Source: Spirochaetia bacterium (GTDB lineage Bacteria; Spirochaetota; Spirochaetia; SZUA-6; Bin103). Taken from it: a stretch of DNA of 64,000 bases. Under the pieces are notes generated by a model. It was not told the DNA's origin, searched no databases, and worked only from the letters and a program-made list of their open reading frames with translations. A program made the position numbers and the translations under genes. The stretch spans positions 768,001-832,000 of the forward strand of contig CBDATQ010000001.1 of the NCBI GenBank assembly GCA_965199955.1. The letters run 5' to 3'. Below are positions 10,056-18,567 of this stretch, in pieces; the stretch's first letter is position 1, and each line of letters opens with the position of its first letter.

Positions 10056-10252
10056 GCCGTGGGCCGTGAGCCATCGGTGGGAAACACGATCTGCTTGCCC
10101 TCGCGCGCCTTGCGTCCATCCTCCCGTGCGCTTCTGGCTTGTTCGATCCGCTCTCGCCAATCGGGATCGTGCGAAGGCGGTAGGGGTAGGCGAGCGGCGT
10201 CCTCACGGTTGCGAGCCTCGTCTCCGGAATGTGCTTTGGGGTCCGGTGCCAT
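10052..10252 (-). CDS. Small hypothetical protein coupled to the SDH protease
   Basis: 66 aa; AGAGGA Shine-Dalgarno before ATG; GTGA stop/start overlap. Confidence 0.55.
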   Translation of the reverse strand: MAPDPKAHSGDEARNREDAARLPLPPSHDPDWRERIEQARSAREDGRKAREGKQIVFPTDGSRPTA

Positions 10253-10502
10253 CTTCGGTTCCTCTCTCGTGTCAATCTACCAAATATGCCGTTGGGCGTG
10301 GGCGTCGGCGCGGCGGATCAGTTCAGGCCGCCAGCACAGGTCGGATTCGGGCGCGGCGGCAGCCAGTAGGCGCCGCTCGGCGGCGAAGTGCTTGGCGTGC
10401 GGCCGCACCGCGGCCTGTACCGCCGCTGGCGGTCCAGGTGGTCGCGCATCCTCTCGTCGTCCATGCCAGGACAGTGCGCGCTCGGTGCTATCGCTTCAAC
10501 CG

Positions 10503-12474
10503 TTAACCCGAAGTTCCAGGAGCGAAATGCTCTGAAGTCTTTGTGATCATGATAGTTACCTTGATTCCTCAGGGTCGCGTGCGTGGCTACACGCGGGATT
10601 TGATCCCAAGCAGCTCGAAACAGCGCTGCTGAACCGGCGTCGGGTGCGTGTGCAGCGTGAATGTGCTTTCGCCGTCGGCGATTCGCATCGTGTTCGCCGT
10701 CAGGGTGCCCAGTTCGTCGATCAACGTCCGAAAGCTGTGCACCGGCAGCCCGTCCTCGGTGCGCTTGCTCGACGCCTTGGCCGCCGCGGCCGCCGATCGC
10801 TGCGCCGGCGCCACTTCGGAGACCCGCTTGCGCTCGGCGCCCTGTCGATCGTGATCGTCGAACAGCAACGGCGCCAGCGAGCGCCGCATGTGCCACTCCA
10901 CGTAGTAGGCCAGCATGCACAGCAGCACGTGCGCCCGCACCCGATCGGCGCGCCGGTGGTGAATCGGGCGCACCTTCAGGTCCACGGACTTCATGCACCG
11001 AAACGCCCGCTCCACCTTCGACAGCCCCTTGTAGGCGCGCACCGTCTGCGCCGCGTCGAGCACCTGCGGCTCCACGTTGCTGCGCACGATGTACAGCCCG
11101 TCCAGCGCCTGCTCGGCGGCGATCTTGTGCTCATCGCGCCGAAAGCTGAACGACTCGGAGGTGATCTCGGTCACGAAGTGCTTGCCCACCTTGTAGTGAT
11201 TGATCACCTTGCCGACCCGCATGCCGATCTCGGCCTCGCCCCGTAGCGGCTGATGGACGCGCTGGGTGGCCTGAGCGATCGGGGCCAGCTTCTGCTCGGT
11301 GGCCTGTAGCAGCTCCTGGCGCTTGCGCTTCCGTTCGTCGGCCAGCAACGGGTTGCGGCACACGATCAGCCGCTCGCCCGGAAACTCCTCGCTGGTGATC
11401 TCGGCCAGGTCGCGCTCGTCGAACAACGACGGCGCCACCTCACCGGCGGCCACCAGCTTGCGGATCGTCGGCGCGCGCAGCGTGGTGATCCAGCGCAGCC
11501 CCTCCACCTCTTGCAGGTCCTCGCGGATCCTCGCCGCGCTCAGCATCCCGCGGTCGCCGACCAGCACCACCCGCGTGAGTCCGAAGCGGGTGCGGATCTT
11601 GTCCACCTGCGCGCTCACCGTCTTCGGGTCGGCGGTAGAGCCAGGCAAGACTTCCACCGCCACCGGACAGCCTTCCTGGGTGCACAGCAGCCCGAACACG
11701 ATCTGCAGCGTGCCCGACTTGCCGTCACGGCTGTGTCCCAACTGCGCCAGCTCGCAGTGGCTGCCCTCGAAGTAGGTCGAGCTCACGTCGTAGAGCACCA
11801 GCGTGTGCTCGCTGAGGTGCTGTTCAGCCAGGCGGTCCTCGATCGCCGCCTGGCGCCCGACCAACCAGTCCATCGCCTCGTAGAGCTCGTTCTCATCGAC
11901 CTCGCCCAGCCGCAACGCCTCGCCGAGGGTTGACGCCGCGCTCGGCGGTGATAGCGCGCGGGCGGTGGCCAGCTTGGACTGCGCGTCGATGACGCGGGCG
12001 GTGATCATGGCGATGACCAGCTCGCGCGAGCGGCTGGCCTTGCGGGCGATGAGGGTATGGAGTCCGAGCTGCTTGAGGATGCCCAGCACGGCGGCGACAT
12101 GGCCGTGGGGGAGGCTGCGCAGGCAGTCGAACGCGTCTTTGGGGTTGACCAGCGGTTCGCCCTTGAGGGCTCTGCGGATCAGATCGATGACGTGATCGGG
12201 GAGATGGGAGATGTTGCCGAGGGTTTCGTGCTTGATCTTTCCGTCCTGGCGGAAGGTACGGCGCAGCAGGTGGGTGTGGTAGGTCCGGTTGCCATGGCGG
12301 CGCGTAGTGGTGGCTACATGCACGGGTCCCTGTCTGCTGGGCATAGTTGCCAGGATAGCAGAAAGAGGAACGAGCGTCAACTACACTCGTGGCTACACAT
12401 TGCACCTCCAAAATGCGGTAACTGCCATTGCTTCAAATAGTTACGTCAATTTCGGCTCTGGAATTTCGGACTAG
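10503..12474 (-). mobile_element. IS1634-family insertion sequence
   Basis: Imperfect terminal inverted repeats TTAACCCGAAGTTCCAG / CTGGAATTTCGGACTAG (13/17) around a full transposase. Confidence 0.85.
10587..12344 (-). CDS. IS1634-family DDE transposase
   Basis: LYDVSSTYFEG, GHSRDGK, VGDRGM, YKGLSKVERAFR.MK and RVRAHVLLCMLAY motifs; frame intact. Confidence 0.92.
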   Translation of the reverse strand: MPSRQGPVHVATTTRRHGNRTYHTHLLRRTFRQDGKIKHETLGNISHLPDHVIDLIRRALKGEPLVNPKDAFDCLRSLPHGHVAAVLGILKQLGLHTLIARKASRSRELVIAMITARVIDAQSKLATARALSPPSAASTLGEALRLGEVDENELYEAMDWLVGRQAAIEDRLAEQHLSEHTLVLYDVSSTYFEGSHCELAQLGHSRDGKSGTLQIVFGLLCTQEGCPVAVEVLPGSTADPKTVSAQVDKIRTRFGLTRVVLVGDRGMLSAARIREDLQEVEGLRWITTLRAPTIRKLVAAGEVAPSLFDERDLAEITSEEFPGERLIVCRNPLLADERKRKRQELLQATEQKLAPIAQATQRVHQPLRGEAEIGMRVGKVINHYKVGKHFVTEITSESFSFRRDEHKIAAEQALDGLYIVRSNVEPQVLDAAQTVRAYKGLSKVERAFRCMKSVDLKVRPIHHRRADRVRAHVLLCMLAYYVEWHMRRSLAPLLFDDHDRQGAERKRVSEVAPAQRSAAAAAKASSKRTEDGLPVHSFRTLIDELGTLTANTMRIADGESTFTLHTHPTPVQQRCFELLGIKSRV

Positions 12475-12499
12475 CCGTTGTTGTTGCTGCTGGCGATGG

Positions 12500-12665
12500 G
12501 GCGGGCCGTGCGCGGAGAACAGCGTCTCGCCCTGTTCAGTGAGCTCGGCTCTGCTCCAGCGCGGCCACCTCGCGCAGCAGGTTGTGCGCGGGCAGATCGT
12601 CGGCCGTCACCCGCCTAAGGTCAAGCAGGAAGTAGCCCTGCGCCTGATACGGCGCCAGCCGGAAG
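12500..12665 (-). pseudogene. Rpn-family fragment (second copy)
   Basis: PYQAQGYFLLDLRRVTADDL..NLLR.VAALEQSR matches the Rpn gene at about 14190-14310. Confidence 0.75.
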
Positions 12666-12728
12666 CGGAGGGTTGTGCGGATGCGATGGTCGAAGGGGGG
12701 CCGGGGACGGACTCCCGTGGTCGTCACC

Positions 12729-13643
12729 TCAGCGGCGCGGGGCGGTGCTCCTCGACTCGCGCCAGACCATGCGGCGTGCGGTGCCGTCCATGATCAGCGC
12801 GCGGTCCTCCTCGCCTATGTGGGGCAGCAACTCGTCGACCACTCGGGTCAGCTTGCCGTAGCCGGGGTCCCGCTGGATCCAGGGGAAGTCGGTGGCCCAC
12901 ATGCAGCGGTCGGCACCCATGTCCTTCACGAGTTGCTCGTGCCAGCGCCGCAGGTCCAGGTACGGGTAGGGCTCCTGGCTGAAGGCGTACTGGCCGGACA
13001 GCTTGACGCACACGTTCGGGAACTGCGCGAGTCCGAGCGTGTTGTGGCGGGTCAGCGGCATGTCGAAGGAGAAGGTGCGCCGGACCATCCGCGGCCGGCC
13101 CTGCCCGTCGGTCGTCATGGATCCTGGGGCCGGGCAGATCATCAGGTGGTTGAACACCACCGTGAGCTCCGGAAACGCGTCCAGCAGCCAGGGGGTCAGG
13201 TGCGCGTCGGCGGCGCGGGGATAGAGCCAGACGATGTAGTCCCTCTCGGCGGCGTGCTTCCAGAACGGGTAGGTCGTGAAGGTGCGCACGTCCATCGGTG
13301 CGGTCGGATCGAGCGGGCCGCCGATCTCGTGCAGCCGGAAGCCGACGATGCCGCCGTCCCCGGCCAGCCGGTCCATGTGGTCTTCCGGCTGGCGCGGGTC
13401 CGGCACCAGGCCGATCCCCTTGAACCGGTCCGGGTAGCGCTTCAGGCAGTAGCGGAGGTAGGCGTGGGTTTCGAGCGACGTGCCGCCGATCTGCACCAGC
13501 GTCGCCCGCTCGACGCCGTGCTCCTCCATCAGGCCCAAGAGCTTCTCGGCGCTTTCCTCCCTATCGGCCGGCATGGTATCGCTCACCTCGCGCGGGAACT
13601 CGCGCGATGCCTTGGCGAAGACGTGGACGTGGGCGTCTATCAC
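12729..13643 (-). CDS. Amidohydrolase_2 family protein (copy 2)
   Basis: IDAHVH, NHL, VKLSG and MWATDFPW motifs. Confidence 0.9.
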   Translation of the reverse strand: MIDAHVHVFAKASREFPREVSDTMPADREESAEKLLGLMEEHGVERATLVQIGGTSLETHAYLRYCLKRYPDRFKGIGLVPDPRQPEDHMDRLAGDGGIVGFRLHEIGGPLDPTAPMDVRTFTTYPFWKHAAERDYIVWLYPRAADAHLTPWLLDAFPELTVVFNHLMICPAPGSMTTDGQGRPRMVRRTFSFDMPLTRHNTLGLAQFPNVCVKLSGQYAFSQEPYPYLDLRRWHEQLVKDMGADRCMWATDFPWIQRDPGYGKLTRVVDELLPHIGEEDRALIMDGTARRMVWRESRSTAPRR

Positions 13644-14737
13644 GAAGCGGGCCTCCCGATCTCGTCGTCAGCGACGGCGCGGCGGTACAGGCGCAGGTCG
13701 CGGATCCTGCCGTTGAAGGTGTCGATGGCGCCGGCGCCGATCCTCAGGGGGTGGTCGGTCGAGAGGTCGAAGGTGAACGTGGATCGAGGCGGGCGAGAAA
13801 CTCGGCGGCGGTGTCGCAACGCACCAGCCATTCGCCGATCTCGGCCAGGCGGTCGGGTTCGGTGATCGGCCCCACCACCTCGGCCAGACGTCCGGGCGGT
13901 GTCGTCGCCGAAGCGCGCGTCCGCCTGACGGCACAGCAGGGCACGCTGCTGGTCGATCCCCTGCTCGCGTCCTTCCCGGAGCCACTGCTTCGGCCATTCG
14001 GCTACTCGTTCGACCAGCGTCATCCTGACCTCCTCCCATGTCCGGAGCGGCGGCACCACAGTACCTGCCGGCGCGAGCCGCTCGGCCATCTGCCGGATCC
14101 AAGCCACGAACGCGCGCTGCAACTCGCCCGCGCGCGGATCCCGCAACCAGGGCTGCAGCGCTTCCCACACCCGCAGCAGGTCAGCGTTCGTTCGGCTCTG
14201 CTCCAGCGCGGCCACCACACGCAGCAGGTTGCGCCCAAGCAGATCGTCGGCCGTCACGCGGCGGAGGTCAAGCACGGCGTAGCCCTGCGCAGACTGATAC
14301 GGCGTGAGCCCCGGTGCGCCCGGAATGACCAGCCCGCTCATCCGCCGCGCCGCGGTCCACGGCCCGGTGCCGTTGTAGAGCACGATCGGCAGCACCGGCG
14401 GCAGTCGCCCCTCGGCGGTCCCCGGCGCCTCGTTGCGCACCATCTCCAGGTAGAGCAGGCCGGTGTAGGTGTGGATTCGCAGCGCCATCCACGCGTCGTC
14501 CTCGGATTGGAACTCCAACAGGATCAGCAGATACATCGAGTGCTGGCCGATGCGCAGGCGCCAGACGGTGTCACCGTGGCGCTTCCGCAACTCGTCGCTG
14601 ACGTACTCGGTGGAGAGTTCGCCCAACTCGGAGAAGTCGGCTGCCGCCAGGACGTCAGCAGGGAGGCAGGCGCGCAGCAGGTCCTCGACCAAGAGCTTGC
14701 AGGCGAAGAGGCGCTTGTAGTTCTCGTCATGGAGCAT
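13640..14737 (-). CDS. Rpn/YhgA-like PD-(D/E)xK nuclease; C-terminus frameshifted into the duplicated LamG tail
   Basis: HDENYKRLF, RHGDTVWR, LLEFQS, LPPVLPIVLYNG and EGREQG motifs; one extra C near 13894. Confidence 0.85.
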   Translation of the reverse strand: MLHDENYKRLFACKLLVEDLLRACLPADVLAAADFSELGELSTEYVSDELRKRHGDTVWRLRIGQHSMYLLILLEFQSEDDAWMALRIHTYTGLLYLEMVRNEAPGTAEGRLPPVLPIVLYNGTGPWTAARRMSGLVIPGAPGLTPYQSAQGYAVLDLRRVTADDLLGRNLLRVVAALEQSRTNADLLRVWEALQPWLRDPRAGELQRAFVAWIRQMAERLAPAGTVVPPLRTWEEVRMTLVERVAEWPKQWLREGREQGIDQQRALLCRQADARFGDDTARTSGRGGGADHRTRPPGRDRRMAGALRHRRRVSRPPRSTFTFDLSTDHPLRIGAGAIDTFNGRIRDLRLYRRAVADDEIGRPAS

Positions 14738-14864
14738 GGTGGGGTGTCCGCACTACCGATAGCGGCCCGTCCGGCGCCGGCGCTTCAGGGAGCAGTAGAG
14801 AGTAGAAGTGCGGCGTCTCCGCCGGGCGGTTGATCGCGTTCGGACGAGTCCCGCGCTCGTCACC

Positions 14865-15779
14865 TCAGCGGCGCGGGGCGTCGCTCCCCGGCTCGCGCCA
14901 GACCATGCGGCGCGCGGTGCCGTCCATGATCAGCGCGCGGTCGGCGTCGTCCAGGTCCGGCAGGAGCTCGTCGAGCACGCGGGTGAGCTTGCCATAGCCG
15001 GGTTCCTCCTGGATCCAGGGGAAGTCGGTGGCCCACATGCAGCGGTCGGCGCCCATCTCCATCACCAGCTCGCCGTGCCAGCGCCGCAGGTCCAAGTACG
15101 GGTAGGGCTCCTGGCTGAAGGCATACTGGCCGGAGAGCTTGACGCACACGTTCGGGAACTGCGCCAGACCCAGGGTGTTGTGGCGGGTCAGCGGCTGGTC
15201 GTTCGTGAACGTGCGCCGGATCATCCGCGGCCGGCCCTGCTCGTCGGTGGTCATCGACCCCTCGGGCGGACAGACCATCAGGTGGTTGAATACGACGGTG
15301 AGCTCCGGAAACGCGTCCAGCAGCCACGGGGTCAGGTGCGCCTCGGCGGCGCGAGGATGGAGCCAGACGATGTAGTCCTTCAGGGCGGCGTGCTTCCAGA
15401 ACGGGTAGGTCGTGAAGGTGCGCACGTCCATCGGCGCGGTCGGATCGAGCGGGCCGCCGATCTCGTGCAGGCGGAAGCCGACGATGTCGCCGTCCTCGGC
15501 CAGCCGGTCCATGTGGTCCTCCGGACGCCGCGGGTCCGGCACCAGGCCGATCCCCTTGAACCGTTCCGGGTAGCGCTTCAGGCAGTTGCGGAGATAGGCG
15601 TGGGTTTTGAGCGAGGTGCCGCCGATCTGCACCAGCGTCGCCCGCTCGACGCCGTGCTCCTCCATCAGGCCCAGGAGCTTCTCGGCGTTCTCCTCCCGCT
15701 CGGCCGGCAGGGTGTCGCTCACCTCACGCGGGAACTCCGGCGATGCCTTGGCGAAGACGTGCACGTGGGCGTCGATCAC
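14865..15779 (-). CDS. Amidohydrolase_2 family protein (copy 1)
   Basis: Same motifs as copy 2; GTGA-coupled to the LamG gene. Confidence 0.9.
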   Translation of the reverse strand: MIDAHVHVFAKASPEFPREVSDTLPAEREENAEKLLGLMEEHGVERATLVQIGGTSLKTHAYLRNCLKRYPERFKGIGLVPDPRRPEDHMDRLAEDGDIVGFRLHEIGGPLDPTAPMDVRTFTTYPFWKHAALKDYIVWLHPRAAEAHLTPWLLDAFPELTVVFNHLMVCPPEGSMTTDEQGRPRMIRRTFTNDQPLTRHNTLGLAQFPNVCVKLSGQYAFSQEPYPYLDLRRWHGELVMEMGADRCMWATDFPWIQEEPGYGKLTRVLDELLPDLDDADRALIMDGTARRMVWREPGSDAPRR

Positions 15780-17350
15780 GAGGCGAGCCTCCCGATCTCC
15801 TCCTCCGCAAGGGCGCGGCGGTACAGGCGCAGGTCGCGAATCCTGCCGTTGAAGGTGTCGATGGCTCCGGCGCCGATTCGCAGCGGCTGGTCCGTCGAGA
15901 CGTCGAAGGCGGAGCCGTCGAACGCCGTCGAGGTCGCGACGCGGCTGCCGTCGACGTGGAGCTCGAGCCGTCCTCCCCTGCGCACGGCGGCCAGGCGGCG
16001 CCAGCCGGGCTCCAACTCGTGATCGTGGGTGACGTTGGCGCCCGCCTGCAGGGCACAGACGAGTCCCGAGGGGAGGGTGCCGGCGAACAGCCGGCCGCGG
16101 TAGACGGCCATCGACCAGACGCGGCGATACTTCACGTCGGGGGTGGTGTCGAGCTGTCCCGTGAGGGTCCAGGTGTCGCCGCCGTCATAGCGGTAGACTT
16201 GGCCCAGCGGCAGGGTGCCGGCGTAGAGCTTTCCGTTGAAGACGGCCATGGCCATGACCTCCAGCTCGTCGCCGAGGCGGCCGACGCAGGTCCAGGGGTC
16301 CGTGCCGTCGTCGCGGAAGACCTTGCCCTCCGGCCAGGTGCCGGCGTGCAGTTTCCCGTCGTGGGCGGCGAACGAGTAGACCTGGGAGACGCCCTCCTGG
16401 CCTCCGGCGTGCACCCAGTGGCTGCCGTCGGCGTAGCGGAACACGCCGCCCGACTCCCCGCCCTCGTTGCCCGCTCCGTAGAGGTGCCCGTTGAAGACCC
16501 CGAGCGACATCATGCGGCGGCCGGGGGTGCCGCAGTGCTCCCAGCGGTCGCCCCCCTGGTAGCGGAACACGCCCTGGCTGTAGAGCGGGATGGCGTAGAG
16601 CTCGCCCCGGTAGACGGCCATGCCGGCGCACGAGTCGGCGCCCTCCATGCGGCCGACGCTCACCCACTCGGAGCCGCCCGCGTAGCGGTACAGGGCGCCG
16701 CCGGGGGTGCGGTTCTCCGACTCCGGCAGCGCCGAGCCGCCGGCCCTATAGCACGACGTGCCGGCGTAGAGGCCGCCGTTGAAGACGCACAGGGAGGCCA
16801 CGGTGTTGGCGGCGTCCGGGCTCCCGCACGGCTCCCAGCCGGCCTGGCCGTCGTAGCGGTAGACGCCGCCGGCCTCGTCGGCGCCGGTCTCGAAGGTGCC
16901 GGCGTAGAGGTCGCCCCGAAAGACGCACAGGGAATAGACGCGCAGGTTGTTGCCCGGGCGGCCGCAGTCGGCCCATGCGCCTTCGCTGCCGGCGTCGATC
17001 CCGAAGTGGAGGTGGCGGTAGTTGGCCTGGGCGGCGGTCACGCCGGCGTTGTTGAGCAGGCTGAGCTGGAAGCCGGTCCGGGTACCGGGGGCGTAGCGGC
17101 TGACGATGTCGCCCGGCACGTCGTCGAGAACGGCGTCCGTGTGGATCCGGACGGCAAGGGTGAAGTCGCCCGTCCCCAGGTCCAGGCCGGCCGACGGGGG
17201 AACCAGGACGTGGGCGCCGCGGCCGTCGAGGACGGCGCCGCCGGCCGTGAGGTCAGCGCCCTGGTTCCGGCCGTGGTGGCCGTTTCCAGAGTGATCACGG
17301 CAGTCGCCCGCGAGCGGCCAGTGCGCGAGCAGGCGTGTATCGGTGCCCAT
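15776..17350 (-). CDS. LamG/concanavalin-like domain protein with inserted beta-propeller
   Basis: LAHWPL.GD..D.SGNG.HG N-terminus and LRIG...FNGRIRDLRLYRRAL C-terminus flank seven S(L/M).VF.G.LYAGT-type repeats. Confidence 0.75.
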   Translation of the reverse strand: MGTDTRLLAHWPLAGDCRDHSGNGHHGRNQGADLTAGGAVLDGRGAHVLVPPSAGLDLGTGDFTLAVRIHTDAVLDDVPGDIVSRYAPGTRTGFQLSLLNNAGVTAAQANYRHLHFGIDAGSEGAWADCGRPGNNLRVYSLCVFRGDLYAGTFETGADEAGGVYRYDGQAGWEPCGSPDAANTVASLCVFNGGLYAGTSCYRAGGSALPESENRTPGGALYRYAGGSEWVSVGRMEGADSCAGMAVYRGELYAIPLYSQGVFRYQGGDRWEHCGTPGRRMMSLGVFNGHLYGAGNEGGESGGVFRYADGSHWVHAGGQEGVSQVYSFAAHDGKLHAGTWPEGKVFRDDGTDPWTCVGRLGDELEVMAMAVFNGKLYAGTLPLGQVYRYDGGDTWTLTGQLDTTPDVKYRRVWSMAVYRGRLFAGTLPSGLVCALQAGANVTHDHELEPGWRRLAAVRRGGRLELHVDGSRVATSTAFDGSAFDVSTDQPLRIGAGAIDTFNGRIRDLRLYRRALAEEEIGRLAS

Positions 17351-17448
17351 CGGTATCCTGCCCGGCACCATAGGTCGCTCGGGGCGGGCCGTCAAAACAG
17401 GGGCGGCTCAAGCAGCCCCCGGCGGGCTCGACTACAATCGAAGTTGCC

Positions 17449-18561
17449 ATGATCGACTATCGAGAGCTCGGAGCGCGTACCCTGATCAACGCCAGCGGCA
17501 CCATCACCACGCTCGGCGGCAGCCTTATGCCCGCGGAGGTGCTGGAGGCGATGCGCGCGGCGGCCGGCGCGTACGTCGATCTGCCGGACCTGCTGGTCAA
17601 GTCGGGCGAGTACCTGGCGCGGCGCATCGGCGTGCCGGCGGCGTTCGTCTCCTGCGGCGCGGCGAGCGGCATGCAGCTCGCCGCCGCGGGCTGTCTGACC
17701 GGTACCGACGTCGAGCGGGTGCGGGCACTGCCCAACACGTCCGGATGGGCCAACGAGTTCGTGATCGGCAGCGTCGATCCGCACTTCTACATCCACCAGG
17801 GCATCGAGGCGTGCGGCGGCACGCTGGTTCGCGTGGGCACCAGCGCCGCCCTCGGTACCGAGGAGATGGTCGACGCCATCGGCAGCCGCACGGCCGCCGT
17901 CGTCTTCTTCCTCGGCAGCCAGCCCATCGAACAGCTCGCCGAGGTGGCGAGCGGAGCCGCCGAGCGCGGCGTGCCGGTCATCGTCGACGCCGCCGCGCAG
18001 TTGCCGCCGCGCTCCAACCTGACCGAGCTCGTCGCCGAGGGCGCGTCGCTGGCCGTGTTCAGCGGCGGCAAGGGGCTTCGGGGTCCGCAGTGCACGGGCC
18101 TGGTGGTCGGCACGCCCGAGCTGGTCGCCGCCGTGCGATTGAACTCCAGTCCCGAGAGCGGCATCGGCCGGGCGATGAAGGTGGGAAAGGAAGAGATCAT
18201 GGGGCTGCTGGCGGCGGTGGATCGGTTCCTGGCCTCCAGCGACGAGGAGGACGTGGCGCGCTGGCAGGCGCAGGCAGCGCACATCGCCGACACCCTCGTC
18301 GCGGCCTCCGCCGCCCCGGAAGCCGCGGTGTCGATCACGGGCAGGGGGCAGCGCGCGTTTCCGGACGTGGCACCGCGCCTTCACGTCGAGCTCGATCCCG
18401 AACAGGCGGCCGCCGTCGTGGAGGAGCTGTGGAACGGCGATCCGTGCATCGCCATGCGGCAGAGCGGGAACGGCGTGGTCGTCGACCCGATGACGCTGGA
18501 GCCGGGCGAGGAGCGGATCGTCGCGGCGCGCCTGCGCGCTGCCTTGGAGATGCGTGCCTGA
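17449..18561 (+). CDS. SelA-like PLP-dependent enzyme (DgaE-like)
   Basis: INASGTIT.LGGS, VIVDAAAQ, FSGGKGLRGPQ (PLP lysine) and IGRAMKVGKEEI. Confidence 0.85.
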   Translation: MIDYRELGARTLINASGTITTLGGSLMPAEVLEAMRAAAGAYVDLPDLLVKSGEYLARRIGVPAAFVSCGAASGMQLAAAGCLTGTDVERVRALPNTSGWANEFVIGSVDPHFYIHQGIEACGGTLVRVGTSAALGTEEMVDAIGSRTAAVVFFLGSQPIEQLAEVASGAAERGVPVIVDAAAQLPPRSNLTELVAEGASLAVFSGGKGLRGPQCTGLVVGTPELVAAVRLNSSPESGIGRAMKVGKEEIMGLLAAVDRFLASSDEEDVARWQAQAAHIADTLVAASAAPEAAVSITGRGQRAFPDVAPRLHVELDPEQAAAVVEELWNGDPCIAMRQSGNGVVVDPMTLEPGEERIVAARLRAALEMRA

Positions 18562-18567
18562 AGCCGG

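Larger units (their letters stand above)
12700..15910. repeat. Diverged direct duplication with 2136 bp offset (LamG tail + amidohydrolase, each followed by Rpn sequence)
   Basis: About 12700-13773 aligns with about 14836-15909 at constant offset. Confidence 0.9.

Noticed and set aside
10290..10500. Possible gene fragment beside the IS1634 end
   Set aside because: No recognisable motif in any frame.
17449..18561. True selenocysteine synthase selA
   Set aside because: Short SelA-like/DgaE form with no selB or selC nearby.
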